Shown piece after piece: positions 1 through 11,950 of a DNA stretch of 64,000 nt. Where the stretch lies: contig NIVC01000003.1 of NCBI GenBank assembly GCA_002269645.1, forward strand, positions 124,001-188,000, read 5' to 3'. The notes under the pieces were generated by a model. It searched no databases, was not told the origin of the DNA, and saw only the letters and a list, made by a program, of their open reading frames with translations. The translations under genes were made by a program, and so were the position numbers. The stretch's first letter is position 1. Every line of letters starts with the position of its first letter. The DNA is from Macrostomum lignano (lineage: Eukaryota).

Positions 1-2524
1 CACCAGCATGAATAGGATCATGCCGCGGCCGAATACCTGCGATTAATGAATGTTGTTACGTGTAGAATAGGTTGCATAGCAACTGGGTCGCAATGACAAT
101 TGATATTTTCTAGGATGTAAAAACCATACAATGGGAGAGATAGGGAAAACTGACAATGGGAGAGATAGGAAAACCTGACTATGGGAGATAGGGAAACCTG
201 ACTATGGGAGAGATAGGGAAACCTGACAATGGGAGAGATAGGGAAACCTGACAATGGGAGAGATAGGGAAAACTGACTATGGGAGAGATAGGGAAACCTG
301 ACTATGGGAGAGATATGGAAACCTGACTATGGGAGAGATATGGAAACCTGACTATGGGAGAGATAGGGAAACCTGACAATGGGAGAGATAGGGAAACCTG
401 ACAATGGGAGAGATAGGGAAACCTGACTATGGGAGAGATATGGAAACCTGACTATGGGAGAGATATGGAAACCTGACTATGGGAGAGATATGGAAACCTG
501 ACTATGGGAGAGATAGGGAAAACTGACTATGGGAGAGATATGGAAACCTGACAATGGGAGAGATAGGGAAACCTGACAATTCAGAATGCAGGAGGTAGCA
601 GGCGAATAAGCAAGGATTCCAATGCTCCAGATCTACAAGGGTGAGATCAGACACACAGCTTGAGACATGGACATGGTGAGATCAGACACAGCTTGAGATA
701 TGTACATGGTGAGATCAGACACAGCTTGAGATATGTACATGGTGAGATCAGACACAGCTTAAGATATGTACATGGTGAGATCAGACACAGATTGAGATAT
801 GTGCATGGTGAGATCAGACACAGCTTGAGATTTGTACTTAGTGCGACAAGCTACTAAAATAGAAGGACATAGATAGACAATGGACAAATGCCAGTCACAA
901 CAGACGTTCATGGCTCAGCAGCTGCAACTCTCTAGCTCACCTGCATGCCGGTGGCCAGCACGCCGGAACGAACCCAGCCGAGGGCGGCGTTGAGAATCTC
1001 CAAGCTGGCGGCCAGCTGCACCATGCAGAGCTGCGGCCGGATGCTCGCGAACGCCTCCTGCCGCTGGGCCTGTGGGAGACAGAAAAAGAAGCTGGTGGAT
1101 ATTTACAGATGCCGCGCAATCTACCCATCTGTCTACCATCCCCTCGTCTCCCCTTGTCAGCGCCTTTTTTGTCTATCCTTCCTCTATCCTCTAACGTTGC
1201 CTGGGGTTCATAAAAAATTCCCACTATCTGTTTCAGTTTCGCATAGTTATCTCGCCGCCAGTTATCTCTCCCATTATAACAATCATGTCACCTTAGAGCC
1301 GGCCCGCAGGTAGCTGTACAGAGACACGTGAAACACGTAGCAGAAGCCGACCCACTGGAACATGTTGTACAGAAACAGGTAGAGCTTGAGCGGGCTGCGG
1401 AATACGGCAAAGAATTTGTCCATGTCCTTCGACACCGCGTCGCGAATTCGATCGTCGTCGCGTCGACGCCGCGACGACGGGGCGGGCGAATCGTCCGAGT
1501 CCCACTTGGGAAAGGGCGGCTCCTCCTGCTCGGAGTCGTCCGAGAACTGCATGTGATCGAAGTTCACCTTGATCCACGGCTCGCGCTGCTTGGCGCTGGT
1601 GAGGCGCGGCCAGATCTCGCTGCTTTCCTTCATCAGGTGGAATTCCACGCATTTCTCTTTCACCTGAGGGCAGCCGGAGTGTATGGGTGTATAATATCCC
1701 CGCGAACTTTTGCCTACACTGAAACATTCGCTGACTGGCAGTTGTTCTGCTGCTGACGCCTAATTTAGCAAACATTTGCCATTCACCATGATACGTTGGC
1801 TTTGAAAACGACCTCACACGAAACAGACCGCTGATTAAGTATTGATGCAGCCCGTTCCTGACACTACATAAACATATTGTAACTAATATTCGCTTTGGAA
1901 GAATACTTCTGCAACTACTGCAAACACGCTGCAAGCAACCGCTCCCGCACAGGCAGTTGCAGCACTTCAAAATCCAAAAAGCAGTCAAGAAAGGCACTTG
2001 TCCTCCCAGTCAGAGTCTTTGTGACGCGAGCAGCTCAGAATCCATCCAAGAGCTCACTCTCAGGAAAAGAAACACTGTAATCTCATTCTTAAGCAATTAG
2101 GAAATCTTAGCCTAGGGATGACAACTACCTCAGAAATCTTCGGGCATGAGCAGCTGGGTATTCTACAATCTACAGGCTAGGGCCCTAGGCTCAGGATCTC
2201 AGCTTTAAAGGTTTATTGCACCGCTCCATAAAATTAGCAATTCACAAATCGCACGAGAAAGCTGTACTTCATTACCTTCCAGGAGCTCAGCTTGCGCTGC
2301 ACCGGCAGATACAGATCGATTTCAAACTGATACACATTGTTGCCATGACAACCATAACCTTTGGCAAAGAATGTCAGCCGACCCTCGTCCAAGTTAATAA
2401 TGGGGTCCGTGACGCCCTGCAGCTGCACAGTGAGGTACAGATTCTGGTCCTTCTGGCCCCACAGAACAAACGGGTGCAGCACTTTGCGGTCAACGGCCGA
2501 AGCGCCATTGGATTCTTGCGTCAT
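1..2524 (-). CDS. HACD3: Very-long-chain 3-hydroxyacyl-CoA dehydratase 3 (PTPLAD1-like: N-terminal CS/p23 domain plus PTPLA domain); 5' four exons, gene continues past the left edge
   Basis: Exons 2524-2276, 1663-1292, 1069-941 and 36-<1, all GT-AG and phase 0. They join to MTQ...LHPFVLWGQKDQNLYLTVQL...YQFEIDLYLPV...WK|VKEKCVEFHLMK...WPRLT...LYLFLYNMFQWVGF...|AQRQ...QLAASLEILNAALGWVRSGVLATGMQ|VFGRGMILF, which carries the hallmark HACD3 motifs. Confidence 0.9.
128..580. repeat. 25-bp minisatellite (ATGGGAGAGATAGGGAAACCTGACT) in HACD3 intron 3
   Basis: About 18 near-identical tandem copies read directly. Confidence 0.95.
640..830. repeat. 33-bp minisatellite (CATGGTGAGATCAGACACAGCTTGAGATATGTA) in HACD3 intron 3
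   Basis: About 5-6 tandem copies; explains spurious ORF 660..857. Confidence 0.9.
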
Positions 2525-4175
2525 GCCTGACAAAACTTAATAGCTCGATTGATTCGATTGATTGCCTATCAATAGTTGACAGTTCCGCCTGCAAGCTGAT
2601 CCGTTAGTTTAAAAACTGAAATCAAAAGTTTAAATAGTTGAGTTTATTTGACAGCTACTCGAGCTGTGCTCAGCTTGAATACAAAGGTCCCGATGAGCCG
2701 ACTACCAATTAGCGAGCCTTTGAGATGTCTCTCTCTGCCTACTTGCTGGATAGTCCTGGGTAGAGAAAGGGAAGGCGAGGAGAAGAGTTGAGGACAGCTT
2801 CATTAAGGTTACAAAGATCGAAGCGCGCAGGCCTGTTGTCATAGTAACAGATGGATAGGCTAATTGGGAAGGGACAGATTGTGTCGAAGGTAAACTGCAA
2901 CTATTGCAGGCTAAGTACAGGCAAATAGATGACAGCTCACAGCCAATAGCGCAGTCATAGACTCAGCAAAGCAGCAGGTCTACAACCAAGACCATGCTCA
3001 TAGAGAAGCGCATGCCACGCATTTTTACAACTGAAAATATAACAAACCCCTAAAGCTCACTGAATCACTACTTAGATCACTATGGTCATCTCTTCATGGC
3101 TAAAATTCATCAGTGGTATACTGGTTGCTGCTCAACAGAGTGTGCACATTGTCTCAAAGTAAAAGGGGCCTAAGCTAATGAAGATATGCAAGGATGGCAA
3201 AAAGTGTATGAGCTGCAATAGCAACTATAGAAAGGATGAGTGCATAACAATAGATAAGTAGAACAGCAACTGCAACAGGCCAAACCACTGCTGCTGTTTA
3301 AAGAAACAGGCAATGGTCAGCAAGGACATAAACATAAACTAGCAAGTCACCAACAAATATTTAACTGTGGCCAATATACGAGTAATCAAGTTTTCAATTC
3401 TACAATAAGTCTAAACAGCAGTGCCTTAATGTTAGTAATCAGCTTATCCAACTTCAAGAGTTCAATGGCATGGCATATAGTCCAAGGAAACATATTACTA
3501 ACATGGCTTATGGTCTATAGTGAATCATTCATTGTGATCTGTTGAACAAATGCTTTTGCTTATGTCCAAGGGAAAATGGCCTAAGTCTTTCTACATTGTA
3601 GATAGCAATATGAGCCTTCTTAGCTATCTTAACTTATAGAATAATGACTAAAGAAGGTTTAGTTTCTACTAATATATAGTTATAATGATTATTCATTATA
3701 TCAAACTTATATAATAGCATCTAGTATACAAATTCTTAGCTTGACCTACTATAGCTTTTTGCTAAAACTTCAAATAAAAAAGTATAAAAAAATGATATTA
3801 GCCTAATTAGGATCAAATATTAAATATTAAGTACTTTATAAACTAATTAGCTTATAAAGATACTCAACAAATGTATAACATTCTATTTGTTATATGTATA
3901 CTTACGTATACTATCTACTCTATTTAGGAATGAGAGGGCCCCATATTTTGTATCAATTTATCTTCTTATATACTTTTCATCATTCCATTTATTTTTTGAG
4001 TATATTCAAGTTATATATAAATTTTAGCCCTAGCCTCATTTATTAAGAGGATTATTTTTTTTTGCAAAAAAGTATATAGTTATTTATCTGTCTAGGGAAA
4101 ATATGTTGGTTTTTTTCTATTTATTTGGCTTATAGCTCAGAACAGTCTCCTACTAAAGACTACTAAGACTATATA

Positions 4176-5434
4176 TAAGGGTTGTTCTAAAAGTTTATGG
4201 ACAATTTTTTTTCCAAATGAAAGGCAGTTAAGTCACCATACTTTAGGCCATAGACAGCACTTATGACCCACAACTTTTAATAACAGTGATCAACTATGCT
4301 TTTGTTATTTTTACAGCAGTCATTTAAGTTACCCACTTTTTTGGCACTATGGAAAAAATGAAAAAGCCAAGCAAAGCATAATTTGGTTTTTATGGAAAGA
4401 AGGGAAGCAATAGGCTGATATTGTTTATGAGTTGCATGCAGCATATGATAAAGATGCCCCCTCAAAGTCAATGGTCAGCAAGTGGGTGCAGCGCTTTGAG
4501 GATGGCTGGGAGACAGTCAAAGATCTGCCACGCAGTAGAAGGCCAGCCACCACAGTCAACATGTTCAACATTGAATGCGTGCATCAGGCACTTGATGTCG
4601 ACTGCCAGATCACCATTAGTAGTTCACAAAATTCTCATGGCCAAGCTTGGGATATTGCGAGTTGTTGCTCATTGGGTCCCAGAGCTTCTGATAGATGATC
4701 AGCAACACAAGTGGGTCTATGCATGTCAGTAGCTCCTGCAGGCCTAACCGCAATGACCCAAACTTTTTGGATTGAATTGTGACTAGGGATGAGTCGTGGA
4801 TCTATTACAGTGAACCAGAGTCCAAGATGCAGAGCAATGTCTAGAAGGCAGCTAGAGAACCCACCCTAGTGAAGGCCCTGGCTGTACCATTGGCTAGAAA
4901 GCAGATAGCCACAATCTTCTAGGACAAGGAGGGCATCCTGCTCATTGACTGGCTTCTATATGGCACTACTATTACCAGTGCTTATTATATCCAAGTGCTA
5001 AAGAAATTGCCTGAAGCTATCAAGACTGAGCACCAGGGCAAGCTAACCAGGGGGATCCTGCTGTAGCAGGACAATGCCAGGCCCCAAACTAACCAAACAG
5101 CAATGGCTGCCATCTTTAGGCTGGGCTTTGAGCTGCTGCTGCACCCACTCTATTTGCCAGACCTAGCACCAAGCAACTGTTTATGCAGATGAAGAAGTCA
5201 GTCCAAGGTTACCATTATGGCAGTATTCAGGCCCTAGCCTCTACCGACAGCCAGTGGGTCAGAAGTACCCCCCAAAGAATTCTTTGCTGCAGGGATTGAA
5301 AAGCTACCTAAGTGCTGCACAAGTATGTATGCCTCGAGGGCACATATTGAAAAGGTCAATGACTAAGGTTTTCAGTTTTGCTACTTTTTTAACAATAGTT
5401 CATGTTTGTCTACAAACTTTTGGAACAACCCTTT
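4176..5434 (+). mobile_element. Degenerate mariner (Tc1/mariner) DNA transposon, near full length (~1.26 kb)
   Basis: Imperfect TIRs (left AAGGGTTGTTCTAAAAGTTTATGGACAA, right reverse complement AAGGGTTGTTCCAAAAGTTTGTAGACAA) flanked by TA at 4174-75 and 5435-36. Transposase remnants: HTH (SKWVQRFEDG...DLPRSRRP), IVT(G)DESWIYY, IF*DKEGILLIDWL, QDNARP, HPLYLPDLAPS. Multiple stops and frameshifts. Confidence 0.92.
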
Positions 5435-6533
5435 TAGAAATCAATATTTTTTTCAAAAGTAGTTAATAAAATGGTTAAATTATTCAATCCATAAAACAAT
5501 ATGAATAAGCCTAAGGATCTAACCAAGTCTGGATAAGTCAAATATTTAAATGATTTTTATGATAATTTAATTATTATTATAATTTTAAGTTGAGTTTTGT
5601 CTATAACAAAAAAATAATTGGTAGAGATTAAATTTTTCAAAATTTTTAAGACTTGAAATCTTTCATTTGATCAAGATTCAAGATTAAACCTAATTAGTAT
5701 CTAGTAGACCTATTTATACTTCAATCTATCAATGCCAATATTTATTTGTTAAATGTGTACAATGATGATAATAAAAGGAAAAACAATTATTATATAATGT
5801 TGAGCTTGTTAGTAACTTGATGTATATCTTATATCTAAAGCTGAGCGGACCGATTGATCAATCAACCAGTAGACTGGGTTTAATACCTATCTTCTCCTAG
5901 ATGGCTACAAACTCAAAAGCAGGACTTATATATATCAAAATGCAGAACTTTCCTAAGCAACAAATAGGCTATTTTAATGTTGAAATTTTCAAAATTAAGT
6001 CTGTTAAAAAAGACTGAAAACTGTTTTCTTCACCTTCTTTGGCCACTTTGCTTCTTCAGTGGAGTTGGTGGCATGTTTGTAGAAAGAACCACACCAACCT
6101 CCGCTCGCAGGTCACTGTGTATTGGAGGGGTGGGTGACACATGTTGGGGCTGCAGTTAAATTTTAATTATTCCCCCAGATCAGGGGGTTGAGCTGAGTGT
6201 ACAAAGCAATGTACAGTGTAAACAGAGGCTATAGATAGCTAGGATTGTGTTGAGTTTCAATTGGTTTTATTATTGGTGCCTTTCAATAGGCAGCCCTGAA
6301 ATTTAATGAATTAGATTGCGAGACTCTTGCTGTAGTACGCAGTGAATGTATATACTCAATGCTTCAATGCTTTAAACTGGGAAGTTCAAACGCTAACTGT
6401 GCCTCAAGTTATAAGCTTTGAGAGGAGATATATTGCTAGAAAGATCTTGCAATACTGAGTTTAAAGATATAAGTTGTTTGCTTTAAATATGAAAACAAAA
6501 AGCACAGCATTGAAAAAATTGATTTCTATACTT

Positions 6534-7330
6534 TTGTGCAGGGCAATCTATATTTCTACAATTTGATACTTATAAATTTGTGTCAAAAACTAAGCAAATG
6601 ATTTGTTATAATGTATGTATTTTCCAAAATATTTTTGTGAATTAATTTTTGTTTCAAAACTACTGAAAATTTTAGTATAAATAGACGCAATCAGAGCCGA
6701 GGAGGAAGCAACTTGCCTTTGTGCAGTTCCTACGAAAGAAGTAAGCATACTAAGAAAGGAGTGTTCCAAATAAATATAAGAGGAGCTGTTCTCCGAGTTA
6801 TTCATTTGCAGACATAAGAGTGAAGTAGACCAAAGCATTTACAGTATACATTACTGAGAAGTGGAAGTAGTAAGAGGATACAAAGTAGATCCAAAGTCGA
6901 TAAATAACTGGAGGCTATGACCCTCTGATCTCAGTAACACCCAAGGACTTGCAGAGTACATAAAATACATATACCAGTATAGCTAGTAGACCACTCAGGC
7001 CAAAAGTACAGTAAACACTACCAGAATAACAGAGGAATAATACTTATAAGGGCTAATAGTTTCCAAGAATAAATACTTAGACTAAATGCTCAGATAAATA
7101 CTCAGACTAAATACTAAGATATAACATGCTCAGATCAATTCTAAGAAACATTTCTCGGATTATTCTAAGATTGATAAACTCATAATTTATTAATTGGCTA
7201 ATCCTGGTGGCAGCTACCAACTTAAAGATTAGTGTAAGAAGTTAGCCCTAGCACAGCTTGGTGACATAACGGTAGGATAATTTCAATAAGAGGAAACACT
7301 GCTGTTACAACTTTGGTGGCATTGTGGAAT
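6534..7330. repeat. Copy A of a diverged ~0.75-kb direct duplication (copy B at ~8473-9250)
   Basis: Collinear alignment by eye from GCAGGGC(A/G)ATCTATATTTC to GG(C/T)AGCTACCAAC; differences are mostly transitions. Confidence 0.85.
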
Positions 7331-7530
7331 CATTTGTAAAGAAAGAAGATTATCCCTAGTACAACTTTAGTTGCAGCAGTAGGATAATTTCTAGAGAGAG
7401 CTAACACGCCTGTAACAACTTGGGTATCAGCGGTGGGATATTATTAAGAAGGAAGAAACACCCCTGTTACAACTTTGGTGGCAGCAGTGGGATATTATTA
7501 AGAAGGAAGAATCATGCCTGTTACACTTTT
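7255..7530. repeat. Degenerate ~59-bp tandem repeat
   Basis: Recurring CCTGTTACAACTTTGGTGGCAGCAGTGGGATATTATTAAGAAGGAAG-like units, 4-5 copies. Confidence 0.6.
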
Positions 7531-8107
7531 AAACTTTTTACAAAGATTGTAGTTATTTTTGCAATAGGTCAGTCACACATTAAGTTGGGGGAGGTTGCAT
7601 ATGCACATTCAAGCCAGCTATTATTTGAGTAATTTCAGTAATGGAGGCAGGTGACAAATTTCAATTGGTTTTTATTATTGGTGCCTTCAGTCAGTCAGAT
7701 AAGAAAGTAGAGAAAAGAGTGAAAGGAGAAGAGAGGAGAGATAATAGAAAACCAAGAAAAGACAATAGATGAGAAAGTAGAGAGAAGAGAGAAGAGATAA
7801 AAGAGTAGGGAGGAGAGATTAAAGAGTAAGGGGAGAGGAGACATGAGAGTCTTAGTCTAAATGATGGCAGTAGAGAAATGGTATTTGAGAGGTTCTATAG
7901 AGGATTTGGAAAGGATTTGGAAGATGGAATTCCAGTCATGGGATACAGCTGATGGATTTCAGGGAATGGAATTCTGGCAATGGGAGTTCTATTCCCTTTT
8001 CCTCCAACAGAGGAGTTGGCCTCATCAAATATAAATATGAGACAATCTCCAATTTTATTGCAATAAATTATTTTCACATGAAAAATAGGCCCTAGTAAAA
8101 TAGAAAG

Positions 8108-8400
8108 TCATTTGTCTTTAGTATCAATAATAGTAGGTAATAATAGGTACTCATTAAGGTGGATGTCAAATAAGGCATTGCTAATACCATGCATTGCCCT
8201 GAATTTGGCCTTGACACCTGCCCATAACCTTTCAATAGTGTTTGTATTTGTATGGACAGTCAGGTTGTAGGGGTCCACAAAATGGAGTTGGTGATTGATA
8301 GCCACATGATTTTGCAAGCCCATTGTAGGCTGATTATAGTTGGTGCTCTAGGCCTCCCAGCCATTTGGCAATCACTAAATAGGCTGAAAAGTTTAAAAAA
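8108..8400 (-). mobile_element. Merlin (IS1595/ISXO2-like) DDE transposase C-terminal remnant
   Basis: ORF 8108..8323 reads INHQLHFVDP...HTNTNTIERLWAGVKAKFRAMHG...HLNEYL, matching the Merlin NH..FVDP...HTN.IE..W..K...HG....L.EY signature. An upstream RP..TIIS-like piece lies in another frame. Confidence 0.75.
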
Positions 8401-8472
8401 ACATAAAAATAATATATTGCAACAAACTAAAAGATTGCCAAATATGATAAGATTATAGTTACCAAAACTCAT

Positions 8473-9250
8473 GTGCCTGCAGGGCGATCTATATTTCCAC
8501 AATTCAATACTTTTAAGCTTGTGCCAAAAACTAAGCAAACAATTTGTTATAATATATGTATTTTCCAAAATATTTTCACGAATTAATTTTTGTTTAAAAC
8601 TACTGAAAATTTTAGTATAAATAGATGCAATCTGAGCCGAGGAGAGAGCAACTTGCCTTCGTGCAGTTTCTACGAAAGAAGTGAGCATAATAAGAAAGGA
8701 GTGTTCCAAATAAACGTAAGAGGAGCCATTTTCCAAGTTATTCATTTGCAGACATAAGAGTGAAGTAGACCAAAGGATATACAGTATATATTACTGAGAA
8801 GTGGAAGTAGCAAGAGGATACGATGTAGATCCAAAGTTGATAAATAACTGGAGGCTGTGACCCTCTGATCTCGGTAATGCCCAAGGACTTGCAAAGTACA
8901 TGAAATACATATACCAGTAGGCAAAAATATTGCTCAGGCCAAATTATTAATTATAGAATGCTACCAGAATAATAGAGGAATAAAATCTTTAAGGGCTAAT
9001 AGTTTTCTAAGAATAATACTCAGACTAAATACTCAGACCTATTCTAAGAAATATTCTCAGACTTATTCTAAGATTAATAAACCCATAATTTATTAATAGA
9101 ATAGTCTTGGTGGTAGCTACCAACATTTATAAAGACAGTAGTTAAGCCCTGTTACAACTTGGTGACAGCAAGTAAGATTAACAGAAGAACAAAATAGGAG
9201 CCTTGGGACAGCTTTTGGTGGCATAGTGAAATTATTATTAGAGACAGAAG
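8473..9250. repeat. Copy B of the ~0.75-kb direct duplication
   Basis: Aligns to 6534-7330 at an offset of about 1.94 kb. Confidence 0.85.
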
Positions 9251-10062
9251 TAACCCCTAGGATACTCATATATAGTCATAAATCTTGACCTTTTTTAAGA
9301 AATGTCAAAAAAAACCTCTCAACCTCTCAAAATCTCCAAAAACCTCTCAACGGATGAACAGAGCATTCAGTATCTTGTATCTATAGTACCTGGCAATCTT
9401 TCCACCAAGAAGTGGTCAAGCTCATTGACATTTTTCAATGTAATGGTTTCCTTCGAGAGGTTTTGTTGGTAAAGTGCTGAACAGACTTCTGACTAAGAAA
9501 ATGACTGAGTCTAGTTTGACTGACGAAGCTAAGAGGTTGAATTCTAGTGATATGCTAATCTCTTTAACTCTCACCTGTATAACTTTTGCTGACACATTTT
9601 TAGACAGATCTTCCAACACTTTTTGACACTTAAAGTGTTGCAAAAAGTGTCAAAAAAAAGTGTTGTAACAGTTGACATTCGCGGACACGCATTTTTTGAC
9701 ACTTAAATTAATGCTGTAAAAAGTGTCTGAAAAAGTGTCGTATGGTTAAATTCTGCCAACACATCTTCCAACACTTAAAATGTCACTTCTTAGAGCTAGG
9801 TGATGTACATGTAGCTTGTACTATTCATGTAAGCTTACATGTATGTTTGTTAAGTATGCACTACACAGCAGCCTGCAGTATATGACAGATTCATTCAAAT
9901 TAATCTTTAGTCAGATAAATATAGTAGATCAAACCATTAAATGTAAGTTTGTGATTTGAGAAACATTTCCGTTTCCTTGTTTAAAAGATCCTTTCATGGG
10001 AACAAGAACTGTTTCTTCAACTGCTTCAAATTTTTGTTACAACACTTTTTCCAACACTTTGC

Positions 10063-10510
10063 GACATCGCTGTGCATGATCACTTGCTTAGTTGCAATGC
10101 TTGTTGTGAGTATGAGCCAACTGAGCTTTTCACTGTTTTGATTAGATGTAGATTTGATGGCAAACTCAGAGTGCTGGAAGCCTTGCACATTAAGCATCAT
10201 AGACCTAGTTTGAATGCTTAGCTTATAAGTGGAGGAGCCAGTTTATAGCTCAAAGTTTTCTAGGCTTGGTGTGGGTTTGCGGCTTTCTCTCCACCAATAT
10301 TGTTTGCTCTGTGTTTATTCTATGTGATGGCCTAATAATTTAATTTATTTTTGTCTCTTAATGTACAATTATTGACTGGACTGAACCCATTTGTCTATTG
10401 CCTTGTACAGTTTTTTATTTTCTTTATTTATTTAAATATATGGAATTGTAAATCATGTATCATGAGTGCAAGCCCTAAAGATGACTGCTTGTGTTGAAAC
10501 ATTTTGGCTA
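10063..10510 (+). mobile_element. Degenerate Penelope-like element 3' end: GIY-YIG endonuclease C-terminus plus pLTR with decayed hammerhead-like motif
   Basis: 10063-10263 translates DIAVHDHLLSCNACCEYEPTELFTVLIRCRFDGKLRVLEALHIKHHRPSLNA*LISGGASL*LKVF*, resembling the PLE endonuclease end (H...F.IL......L..LEAL.I....P.LN). 10472-10508 CCCTAAAGATGACTGC...GTTGAAACAT resembles a mutated CTGAAGA...GTCGAAACGT. Confidence 0.75.
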
Positions 10511-11950
10511 TAATAATAATTTAATTATATCCATAAGTTGTTGTTGGCCTTCATTTCTCTATTATTTTTTAAACAAGCATCTCTACCAGATTTCTATCAA
10601 TTTATGACTGATTGGCAGTGGCATAGCCCTAAATTTTCTTTAGCTTACGGAGAATGGAGACAGATAGATAAAACTTTTTTATGTGCTTGGGAGAATCCCC
10701 TAGACTTACACAAGTATTACTAGAAAATCGGGCATTTTCTTTTAACTGTTTCGGTTTTTAATAAAAAAACACAAAAAATATATATAAATTCCAAAAAATC
10801 TTTAGTAACAAAATAAGAAAAAAACTCAATCTTTAAAAATTGGGGAGATGCATTCGTAGCCCTCCTACGCCACTGATTAAAAACAACAAAATAACAAGAC
10901 AATTTGAATAAACAGTTCATGCATCCTGATTCCTGATCCGGATTGGCAAAAATCACTTGTTTATTGTGATTGTGATTGTGACTTAGCCAATGGATAATTG
11001 TAGTGGTAGGCCTAAGTGTTTAGCTCAAGCAAAAAAACTGCTGGCTTGTATGCTTCCTGCTCGATAAAAACAATATAATTGTAACATTAATGTAAAGTTC
11101 AAATAAAAAGGGCTCTGGCTGGCCAGCTGAGTAGTGAGTACGCGGCCAGTGCATCATCGTAAGTGTTATTAGCACTATTAATAAGCACATAAGGTATAAG
11201 CACTTTGAATAAAAGCCACAGCGATTTTTTAAACTTTTTAAAAAAGCTCTAAGACGCATTCGATCGTTTTTAATAAATTATTTTTAGAACCTTCTATCTA
11301 GTGAAGAAATTAAAAATAAATCTTTGATTAGTCAATTTTTGTTTTTATTTGAATAATAGTTTGTTGCGTGCATGTGCTTAAATAAATAAATGCTTACGCA
11401 ATTTTAGATTTTTACTGTTCAATGTTCAATGTTTCTGTGTACTCGCTAAGTCGCTAACTCGTTAAAAATAAGGGTATAAAAAGTTTTGTAACTTTTTTAT
11501 GGCGCATATCTAAGGTAACACACTTAGGTGGCCACAGTACAGGCATTGCTTTAAATCAGCCAATGCAAAGAAATAGGCCTAACTTTTAAGTTTTAACCTC
11601 TTTAATTTAAATTACTATTGTATTGGCTATTCTAGCTCCTGGACCTGGGGTAGGCCTATAGAGAAGAGTCAGAGGATCATTATGATGTCTTTTAATTCTT
11701 AACTATAACTTTGACTATAGACCTAATTAACAATTACAGGCATAATTTTCAATAATATATTATTGACTAGGCCTAATTGGTTACTTAGTCTTAAGTTAAA
11801 TTTAAAATAAAGCTAGGCCTATCTAAAACTCATTACTTATAGTCTTACTTATTTCAACCTCCATGACTATGACTATGACTAAGAGGAATTGATAAAAAGG
11901 AGAGCTTCTATTTATTAAAGTTTTATTAGCTATTATATTGTTTTTATATA

